From IMG/VR virus record IMGVR_UViG_3300017780_002021, positions 1 to 27,454 of that record: a stretch of 27,454 nucleotides of DNA; one strand, given 5' to 3'. A program made the position numbers and the translations under genes. The notes below the pieces were generated by a model. The model was not told where the DNA came from, made no database searches, and saw only the letters and a list, made by a program, of their open reading frames with translations. Position 1 is the first letter of the stretch. Each line of letters opens with the position of its first letter. This DNA comes from a virus. Taxonomy: Duplodnaviria > Caudoviricetes. This document shows positions 7,218-13,843 of this stretch, one piece after another.

Positions 7218-7333
7218 AGCCACCCCGCATCAGACTCCGCCCAAGTAAGACCGGCGCTGTCCGCGTTAAGGGGCCGTCTGTTCGCAAGGGTGGCGTGAGC
7301 ATTCGGAAGATGAAGGGACTGCCGCGCGTATAG
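7214..7333 (+). CDS. small Arg/Lys-rich protein, 39 aa (MKPPRIRLRPSKTGAVRVKGPSVRKGGVSIRKMKGLPRV)
   Basis: Manual translation; ATGA overlap; fills gap before 7345. Confidence 0.6.
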   Translation: MKPPRIRLRPSKTGAVRVKGPSVRKGGVSIRKMKGLPRV

Positions 7334-7344
7334 AAAGATCACGT

Positions 7345-7605
7345 ATGCAAACACTTGACATATACGCTAGAAACCTGCACAATGCGCTTCAGGATTTACT
7401 TACCAGGACGAGAGAACATCAGGCAACAGTTGGCTTCAGGCGGGCATCAGGAAGCGGCGCTTCATTTACCCCGGCCTCGACCAGCGAAGAGATTGCAATG
7501 ACGGCCATCGAATTGGCCAGTCGCGCACGAACCATTGAGGAGATGATTTCCGTGGCGACGCAGACGTATAAAGATTTGTTTAAGATGGAGAAACAGAATG
7601 ACTGA
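7345..7605 (+). CDS. hypothetical protein, 86 aa
   Basis: ORF track; co-oriented, overlaps next gene by 8 bp. Confidence 0.7.
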   Translation: MQTLDIYARNLHNALQDLLTRTREHQATVGFRRASGSGASFTPASTSEEIAMTAIELASRARTIEEMISVATQTYKDLFKMEKQND

Positions 7606-8155
7606 AGGTGTCAGAACATACGCCGAAGAGGGTGATTCCCGACCGATTCAATGGGACATTGCGGCCACCACTATCCCGCTTCTGAGCATCAACGACCTCG
7701 CCGGCCGCGCGCAGGGTCTCAGTAAGATCGAGCGCCATGAAGAGCCTGTCGCGCAGTTCATGGTCAACAAGCAGTTCATTGACCTGACCGGCAAGCCGCT
7801 TGACCTTTCGCCGGCTGGCTACATGGTCGCCATCAAGGTCTGGGTGCCGGAGGAAAAGATCAAGGCCGCGAACGGCACAGAGTTTTTCCTTCCCGACGAA
7901 ATCCGCGACGAGCGCAAGTTCACCAGCGGCGTCGGTCTCGTGTGCGCCCTTGGCCCCGACGCTTACCGCGATGTAGAGCGTTATCCGCTTGGCCCGTGGT
8001 GCAAGGTTGGCGACTTCGTGATGTTCCAGCGGTATGAGGCCATCGCGCTTTCCTATCGCGGCGTAGCGATGGCGCTGATTCCAGATGACCGCATTCTCGC
8101 GGTTATCAGCGACCCGTCGGAAATCGAAAGCATCAACAGCGCGAGTAAACTGTAA
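7598..8155 (+). CDS. groES: GroES/Cpn10-like co-chaperonin with N-terminal extension
   Basis: P.GY.V.I...mobile-loop 'GTEFFLPD'...G.V.ALGP...KVGDFVMF..Y...IPDDRILAVI matches the Cpn10 pattern; GGAG RBS. Confidence 0.85.
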   Translation: MTEGVRTYAEEGDSRPIQWDIAATTIPLLSINDLAGRAQGLSKIERHEEPVAQFMVNKQFIDLTGKPLDLSPAGYMVAIKVWVPEEKIKAANGTEFFLPDEIRDERKFTSGVGLVCALGPDAYRDVERYPLGPWCKVGDFVMFQRYEAIALSYRGVAMALIPDDRILAVISDPSEIESINSASKL

Positions 8156-8457
8156 TGGTTTTAGATAGCGAATTTTCTAGGATCGCCGAAGGCTCGCACG
8201 TTTCTGTATACGCAGAAGAGTTTGACCGCCTTTGGCGTTTGGCAAAAGAAGCTGATGAAATCCATAAGGCCACCTTGTTTATTCACTACTCTAGAGCGCA
8301 AAAGGGGCTGTCAGAGTTAGGCGAGTCCGAGTTTTCGGCGGCTCTGTACAGGGCTGCCGGCCACAAAATTTCGGAAGCCATCAAGGAAATGCTGGATCGT
8401 TGCGCCATGGCGCAAAGGATTCATCAACTAACAAAGGAGTCTGTCGGCAATGATTGA
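8155..8457 (+). CDS. hypothetical protein, 100 aa
   Basis: ORF track; TAATG overlap. Confidence 0.6.
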   Translation: MVLDSEFSRIAEGSHVSVYAEEFDRLWRLAKEADEIHKATLFIHYSRAQKGLSELGESEFSAALYRAAGHKISEAIKEMLDRCAMAQRIHQLTKESVGND

Positions 8458-9385
8458 TGTCCCAGAAGAACAGCAGGAAGAGCGCGAGTTCGACATTGAC
8501 CTCGACGCCGAAGACGGTCAGCCGCTAGAGGTTGATGTCGATGTCGAAGACCCGGATGAACCGCAGCCTGAGGTTGCTCAAGAACCCGAACCAGAGCCGG
8601 CGCAAGAGGAGCCTCGACGCCGCAGCCGACTCGACGAACGACTTGCCGCCCTTGCCAAGCGAGCCGCAGAAGCTGAAGCGCGAGCCGTTGACGCAGAACG
8701 CCGAGCCGCCGAGCGCGACCAGCAGTTGGCAACCGAGCGAACTGTGCAGGTCGGTGCAATGGAGAACGCTCTGAAGGCGGAACTCACGTCCGTCAAGCGC
8801 GAACTCGTGGACGCCAAGACCATTGGAGACTACTCCGCCGAGGCGGAAGCGACTGCGAAACTGGCGAAACTGTCTGCCGACCTGTCTGCCGTCGAGGCGT
8901 TCCGCGCCAGTCAGCCGCGTCAGCAAGAGCAAACGCAGCAGCAGGAACGCCAGGCCCCGCAGCAGCGTCAGGCTCCGTCCAATCCCGTCAAGGATGCGTG
9001 GGTTACAACGAACTCCTGGTTCGACCGCAACAGTCCTGACTACGATCAGGAGATGGCGATTGACGCGACCGCCTTCGCGCAGAAACTGGAAGCGCGCCTC
9101 CAGCGCGACGGCAAGGCGAATGAAATTGGCACGCCGCAGTATTTTACTCTGATCGACGAACACATCAATAAACTCTACCCAGAGGACGATGCGCCTCCCG
9201 CGAGGAAGATGCCCGCCATGAGGACTGATAAATCCGTTGCGCCAGTTTCTCGCCAGACCGGCCCCGCCTCTGCGCCGAAGAAAAACATTGTCCGCCTGTC
9301 CGCAGAGCAGAGGCAGATTGCCGAAGCTGTTAGCCCCAACCTGCCCCCGCAACAGGCGTGGGCTGCTTACGCAAGGAACATCTAA
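8450..9385 (+). CDS. probable capsid scaffolding protein
   Basis: Acidic N-terminus, coiled-coil core, 'W...NSWF' motif, basic C-terminal helix; upstream of capsid genes; AAGGAG RBS. Confidence 0.7.
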   Translation: MIDVPEEQQEEREFDIDLDAEDGQPLEVDVDVEDPDEPQPEVAQEPEPEPAQEEPRRRSRLDERLAALAKRAAEAEARAVDAERRAAERDQQLATERTVQVGAMENALKAELTSVKRELVDAKTIGDYSAEAEATAKLAKLSADLSAVEAFRASQPRQQEQTQQQERQAPQQRQAPSNPVKDAWVTTNSWFDRNSPDYDQEMAIDATAFAQKLEARLQRDGKANEIGTPQYFTLIDEHINKLYPEDDAPPARKMPAMRTDKSVAPVSRQTGPASAPKKNIVRLSAEQRQIAEAVSPNLPPQQAWAAYARNI

Positions 9386-9846
9386 TGGCCCGTCGCCCCA
9401 CCCGCGCAGACAAAACCCGCTCCGCCGACGAGCGTTATTCCGTTGACGAGTTTAAGTCCTCGCCGCTGCACATCGACCCCAACGAGATTCCATCCGACAT
9501 GGAATACCGCTGGGTTCGCATGAGCGTTCGCGGCATGGAGGATCAGGACAATGTTCGCGCTCGCACCCGCACTGGCTGGATTCCGGTTCCTGCCGACCGT
9601 CATCCATCCTACTCTGGCGGCGTCCTGTTCCCCGGTATGACCTCGCGTATCGACGACTCCAACCTGATCGTCAGCCGCGACTCGGTTCTGTGTGAAAAGC
9701 CGAAGCGCAGCCTCGAACGCGAACGCGCCGCGCTGGCCCGTGAGAACCTCGAAATCATGAAGTCTACTCCCGGCTTGGAGAATATGCCTGGCGGTTATGT
9801 CCGAGAAAATCGAGGCACAATCAGTCACGGATTCCAAGGCGACTGA
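9385..9846 (+). CDS. phage head-module protein of unknown function, 153 aa
   Basis: ATG in TAATG overlap at 9385; YRWVR...GW.PV pattern; position between scaffold and capsid genes. Confidence 0.75.
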   Translation: MARRPTRADKTRSADERYSVDEFKSSPLHIDPNEIPSDMEYRWVRMSVRGMEDQDNVRARTRTGWIPVPADRHPSYSGGVLFPGMTSRIDDSNLIVSRDSVLCEKPKRSLERERAALARENLEIMKSTPGLENMPGGYVRENRGTISHGFQGD

Positions 9847-9866
9847 TTTCGTCCGCCTAAAACCCG

Positions 9867-9902
9867 AAGAGCCGGCTCGTATAATGCGCGCCGGCTCTTT
9901 TT
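9867..9902 (+). terminator. Rho-independent terminator
   Basis: Stem AAGAGCCGGC (9867-9876) / GCCGGCTCTT (9890-9899) ending in a T-run. Confidence 0.75.
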
Positions 9903-9905
9903 CGT

Positions 9906-9934
9906 TTGACGTGGCCACAAAGACACACTATGAT
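9906..9934 (+). promoter_or_regulatory. sigma70-type promoter for capsid operon
   Basis: TTGACG, 17-bp spacer, TATGAT directly after the terminator. Confidence 0.8.
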
Positions 9935-9944
9935 TAAGCATATT

Positions 9945-9992
9945 CGATAGCAGTCACGTATCTGCCCCTGCGATAGCGGTCACGTATCCGCC
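9945..9992 (+). promoter_or_regulatory. tandem repeat / twin RNA hairpins in the 5' leader of the capsid operon
   Basis: CGATAGCAGTCACGTATCTGCC (9945-9966) and CGATAGCGGTCACGTATCCGCC (9971-9992); the two differences are compensatory. Confidence 0.7.
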
Positions 9993-10024
9993 GAACCAAG
10001 CAACATTTTCAAGGGAAAACCCCA

Positions 10025-10624
10025 ATGGCTTATGGCACTAATGCGCCCAACGGCCTTGTCCCGATCAAGAAGGCTGATGGTTCGGCGTGGAGTGACGCGC
10101 TGAATCCTTATCCGATTGCTTCGGGCTACAACACGGCTCTGTTCAAAGGCGACCCGGTGACTGTCCTCTCTGACGGCACCCTCGGCATCGCAACCCCCGG
10201 CTCTGCCCTCGTGGGCGTGTTCTGGGGCTGTCAGTTCACCCCTGCTACCGGCGGCCTGCCGGTGAATAGCCCGAACTGGGTGGCTTCGGCTACCACGCTC
10301 GGCGCTCAGGTGGCGACTGCCTATGTGATCGACGACCCGGACGTGATCTTCTCGGTGCAGGAAACCAATGGTTCCGGCGCTGCGGGCGCCCCGCTTGCTC
10401 TGGCCGACGTTGGCCTGAACGCGAACCTTGCCATTGGCACTGGTAACGCAGTAACCGGTAACAGCGGCGCTTCGATCAACAACACCACTGAGGCGACTAC
10501 CGCCACTCTGGACGTGAAGATTCGCGGCCTCGACACTTTCCCCGGCAATGCGGTTGGCAACTTCGCCAACTGGTTCGTGTCCATCAACAACCATCGCTAT
10601 CGCGGTGGCACGACCGGCGTGTAA
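10025..10624 (+). CDS. probable capsid decoration/cement protein
   Basis: Small-residue-rich 199 aa protein with 'LFKGDPV', 'GVFWGC', 'VIDDPDVIFSVQ'; directly upstream of MCP. Confidence 0.7.
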   Translation: MAYGTNAPNGLVPIKKADGSAWSDALNPYPIASGYNTALFKGDPVTVLSDGTLGIATPGSALVGVFWGCQFTPATGGLPVNSPNWVASATTLGAQVATAYVIDDPDVIFSVQETNGSGAAGAPLALADVGLNANLAIGTGNAVTGNSGASINNTTEATTATLDVKIRGLDTFPGNAVGNFANWFVSINNHRYRGGTTGV

Positions 10625-10636
10625 GGGAGAAATACA

Positions 10637-11548
10637 ATGGCTGTTAATACCGCTGCAATCAAGAGCCTGCTCCGCCCCGGTCTGAAGACTGTGTTCGGTG
10701 ACTATCCGATGTATGAAGGCCAGTGGGCCGACATCTTCACTCGGAACAAGTCGAACATGGCCTCCGAAGTCGATGTGGAAATGCGTTACCTGTCGCTTGC
10801 TCAGTTGAAGACTGAGGGTGCCAGCGTGTCGTATGACCTCAACTCTGGCGAACGCTACTCGACCATCTACAACCACCAGACGATTGGCCTGGGTTTCATC
10901 ATCACCCGCGAGGCGATGCGTGACAACCTGTATCAATCGGCCTTCCCGAACCAGGCCAAGGCTCTCAGCAACTCGCTGAAGCAGACCAAGGAAATCCGGG
11001 CGGCTTCAGTTCTGAACAACGGCTTCACCGCTGGCGCGTTTGCGCTGGGCGACGGTCAGGCTCTGTTCAGCACTGCGCACCCGATTGACAACGGCACGGT
11101 GGCCAACACCTTCTCCGTGCAGGCCGACCTCAGCGAAGCCTCGCTGGAAGCGGCTGTCATCGGCACCCAGAAGTTCCGCGACATCGCCGGCAACCGCGTC
11201 ATGGTCAAGCCGACGAAGTTGATTGTCCCGGCTGAACTCCAGTTCACTGCCGAGCGTCTGCTGAAGACGGAACTGCGCACCAGCACTGCGAACAACGACA
11301 TCAACGCCATGTATAGCCTCAGCACCGTTCCGCAGGGCTATCGTGTCAACCAGTTCCTGACCGATCCGAACGGCTGGTATTTGATGACGAACGCCGAAAA
11401 CGGGTTCAAGTATTTTGAACGCGATCCCGTTGAGACCGACATGACGACCGATTTCGACACCAAGAGCATCAAGGTGTCGGCCATCGAGCGTTACTCGTTC
11501 GGCGTCTCGAACTTCCGCGCTAGCTGGGCTTCTCAGGGCGCATCGTAA
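10637..11548 (+). CDS. major capsid protein
   Basis: 303 aa; 'LLRPGL', 'K.EG.SV.YD', 'LGFIITREA..DNLY', 'GDGQALFST.HP', 'P.KLIVP..L', 'ERYSFG'; GGGAG RBS. Confidence 0.9.
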   Translation: MAVNTAAIKSLLRPGLKTVFGDYPMYEGQWADIFTRNKSNMASEVDVEMRYLSLAQLKTEGASVSYDLNSGERYSTIYNHQTIGLGFIITREAMRDNLYQSAFPNQAKALSNSLKQTKEIRAASVLNNGFTAGAFALGDGQALFSTAHPIDNGTVANTFSVQADLSEASLEAAVIGTQKFRDIAGNRVMVKPTKLIVPAELQFTAERLLKTELRTSTANNDINAMYSLSTVPQGYRVNQFLTDPNGWYLMTNAENGFKYFERDPVETDMTTDFDTKSIKVSAIERYSFGVSNFRASWASQGAS

Positions 11549-11557
11549 AACGGGAAT

Positions 11558-11579
11558 GGGGGAGGCTTCGGCTTCCCCC
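11558..11579 (+). terminator. GC-rich hairpin with C(UUCG)G loop after MCP, no U-tract
   Basis: GGGGGAGGC-TTCG-GCTTCCCCC. Confidence 0.6.
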
Positions 11580-11596
11580 TAACCGATGGAGGCTAT

Positions 11597-12256
11597 ATGA
11601 CTCATTTCTCAGACGGCGTTCGCGTTGGTAATATTTTTCCCGTTTTTGACGGGGCTGGCGTTCCGCTGGTGGAAATGGTTAGTTACGACGTGGTTCCCGT
11701 GGCCCTGTCTGCAACCGCCGTTTCCGCCTCCCAGGCGGTGGCTGGGGCGGGCAATCTGACCATCAACGGAGCATCCGCTTCCGGCGGCGTGGCGACATTC
11801 GACGTGCCGCGCGCCGTGTCAATCGTGGCAGGCGGTGGGGACACCACCCAGACCGCTACCGTGTTTGGCTACGACGCCAACAACCAGCCGATGACCGAGC
11901 TTATTGCGTTCAACGCTGGCACGACCGTCAGCGGCCAGAAGGCGTTCCGGCGCGTGACCCGCGTTGCCATCTCGGCTGCGACGGCGAACAACGTATCGGT
12001 CGGCAGCACCGACATTCTCGGCCTGCCGTTCCGCGTGACCAGCCGCAACTATCTCATTACCGCATGGGATGGCGCACAGGTAACGACCGGCACTTTCGCT
12101 GCCGGCGACGTGACCAGTCCAGCTACCACGACTACGGACGATGTTCGCGGCACGTTCTTGCCGCCGAGTGCAGCCAACGGCACCCGCCGACTGACTGTCT
12201 ACATCTATGTTCAGACCGGCACTCAGGTCACGGCCTACGGCGTGACTCAGGCGTAA
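11597..12256 (+). CDS. virion structural protein, 219 aa
   Basis: GGAGG RBS; Thr/Ala/Gly/Val-rich beta composition; follows MCP. Confidence 0.7.
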   Translation: MTHFSDGVRVGNIFPVFDGAGVPLVEMVSYDVVPVALSATAVSASQAVAGAGNLTINGASASGGVATFDVPRAVSIVAGGGDTTQTATVFGYDANNQPMTELIAFNAGTTVSGQKAFRRVTRVAISAATANNVSVGSTDILGLPFRVTSRNYLITAWDGAQVTTGTFAAGDVTSPATTTTDDVRGTFLPPSAANGTRRLTVYIYVQTGTQVTAYGVTQA

Positions 12257-12262
12257 CGATAC

Positions 12263-12284
12263 GGGGCGGCCTTCGGGTCGCCCC
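12263..12284 (+). terminator. GC-rich hairpin with C(UUCG)G loop, weak U-tract
   Basis: GGGGCGGCC-TTCG-GGTCGCCCC. Confidence 0.6.
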
Positions 12285-12301
12285 ACTTCGATAGGTGCGA
12301 C

Positions 12302-12547
12302 ATGACGAAGAAGACGGATTTCAATTTTAAGGCTGCGCATAAATCTAAGTCCGGCGGTCTGACCGAGGCCGGGCGCAAGGCATATAACAGCGCAACCGGC
12401 AGCAACCTGAAGCCTCCTCAGCCAGAGGGCGGCTCGCGCAAAAAGTCGTTCTGCGCTCGCTCTGCCGGCCAGATGAAACAGTTTCCAGAGGCGGCGAAAG
12501 ACCCGAACAGTCGCCTTCGCCTTGCCCGTAAACGGTGGGCTTGCTAA
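12302..12547 (+). CDS. small basic phage protein, 81 aa (resembles DUF6321-type proteins from memory)
   Basis: GGLT..GR..YN...NLKPP...SFCAR...W.C motif; AGGT RBS. Confidence 0.7.
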   Translation: MTKKTDFNFKAAHKSKSGGLTEAGRKAYNSATGSNLKPPQPEGGSRKKSFCARSAGQMKQFPEAAKDPNSRLRLARKRWAC

Positions 12548-13230
12548 TGGCAACCAGCGGAACATATTCCTTCGAGACGACTGAACAGGTCGATGTCATC
12601 ACCGAAGCCTTCGAGCGCATCGGTCGTGACCCCGCATCACTGACCAGCAATGATATTGACAGCGCCCGTCGCAGCTTGAACTTCATGTTCAGCGAGTGGG
12701 CGAACAATGGCCCGAACCTGTGGGCCGTTGACCTTATGACGCTGCCGCTGCTGACTGGCCAGCAGTCCTACACGCTCGACCGCTCGACCATCTACATCAC
12801 TCAGGCCGCGACGCGCACAACACAGGGCGGCGTGAACAATGACCTGATGGTGAACCCGATCAGCCGCGCCGAATACCTGGCCCTGCCAAACAAGGCGCAG
12901 ACTGCTGGCCGCCCGACACAGTTTTATCTGGAGCGCACGAATCCGCCGACCCTGAAGGTTTGGCCTGTGCCGCAGGATAATACGGTGACGCTGCTGTATT
13001 ACCGGATGCGGACACAGCAGGACGCTGGTGATTTCACGAATAGCCTTGACGCGCCGGGCCGACTGCTTGAAGCGATTGCTTCCGGACTGGCTGCGAAGTT
13101 GGCGGTCAAGTTTGCGCCAGACCGTGCGGCGATGCTGACCGACATGGCAGTAAATGCCTATCGGACGGCGATCACCGAAGACCGTGAGCGCGTGACCATG
13201 CGCTTCTTGCCGTCGTTGAGTTTCCGGTGA
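12547..13230 (+). CDS. probable head-tail adaptor / tail tubular-type protein
   Basis: ATG in TAATG overlap at 12547; 'I.EAFERIG', 'SARRSLN.MFSEW.N.G.NLW', 'GRPTQFY', 'WPVP'; position after capsid genes. Confidence 0.65.
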   Translation: MATSGTYSFETTEQVDVITEAFERIGRDPASLTSNDIDSARRSLNFMFSEWANNGPNLWAVDLMTLPLLTGQQSYTLDRSTIYITQAATRTTQGGVNNDLMVNPISRAEYLALPNKAQTAGRPTQFYLERTNPPTLKVWPVPQDNTVTLLYYRMRTQQDAGDFTNSLDAPGRLLEAIASGLAAKLAVKFAPDRAAMLTDMAVNAYRTAITEDRERVTMRFLPSLSFR

Positions 13231-13484
13231 GGCGAGAACGATTCCGCTTTTCGTGGAAAGACCCGGCTCCGCGCGCCATCTGTGACCGTTGCGGCTTTGA
13301 GGTTTTCCACCGCGACCTGCGTGAACAGAAAGAGTTTCGCGGCGGCGATGCTCCAGTTGGCACAGGCGTTCTCGTGTGTGGTTCATGCTACGATAAACCA
13401 CAGCCTTATTTTGCAAGACCTTTGATTAAAAACGATCCTGTTCCGGTAAGAAATCCACGCCCGCCCCTTCCCCCGCCGGAATAA
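13227..13484 (+). CDS. small zinc-ribbon protein, 85 aa
   Basis: CDRC...CGSC pair; GTGA overlap; Pro-rich tail. Confidence 0.75.
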   Translation: MRRERFRFSWKDPAPRAICDRCGFEVFHRDLREQKEFRGGDAPVGTGVLVCGSCYDKPQPYFARPLIKNDPVPVRNPRPPLPPPE

Positions 13485-13496
13485 AATTGCTATAGT
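13468..13496 (+). promoter_or_regulatory. putative extended -10 promoter
   Basis: TTCCCC-17bp-TATAGT with TG at 13488-13489; near-identical architecture at 19125-19153. Confidence 0.5.
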
Positions 13497-13519
13497 AATT
13501 CAACTTTCGGAGGTCAAAA

Positions 13520-13843
13520 ATGCGCCGTGTCGTCGTTACTCGCACTAATGCTGGAGACAGCAATGCAGCCATCCTTGATTCGTTTGGTGGCACCAATGTC
13601 TCCGTTCAGGTGGACGTGGTGAGCGGCAGTCCGACGTGGACTGTGCAGCAGACCCTGAACGATGTGAACGACTCCGAAATCACGCCGGTCTGGTATGCCC
13701 ACCCGGACACGAACATGGTGTCGCAGACCGTGGGTCGGCAGTCGAACTACGGCTTCGTGCCTATGGCCGCCAAGTTGGTCGTGACCGGCACTGGCGTCGT
13801 GCGAATGATTCTGCTTCAGGCCGGCGCTCCGGGCGACCGTTAA
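13520..13843 (+). CDS. hypothetical virion protein, 107 aa
   Basis: GGAGGT RBS; beta-rich composition. Confidence 0.8.
   Translation: MRRVVVTRTNAGDSNAAILDSFGGTNVSVQVDVVSGSPTWTVQQTLNDVNDSEITPVWYAHPDTNMVSQTVGRQSNYGFVPMAAKLVVTGTGVVRMILLQAGAPGDR

Noticed and set aside
5839-7302. 487 aa minus-strand ORF
   Set aside because: Antisense shadow across five well-coupled plus-strand genes in GC-rich DNA; no motif
9945-9992. Possible mini CRISPR array
   Set aside because: Only two 22-nt units with a 4-nt gap; no spacers and no cas genes
13636-13842. N-terminal extension of the 829 aa ORF
   Set aside because: Overlaps gene 13520..13843; ATG 13843 in a TAATG overlap is the more plausible start. The same logic applies to track starts 3389, 9358, 12535, 18341, 18585, 19103 and 22410
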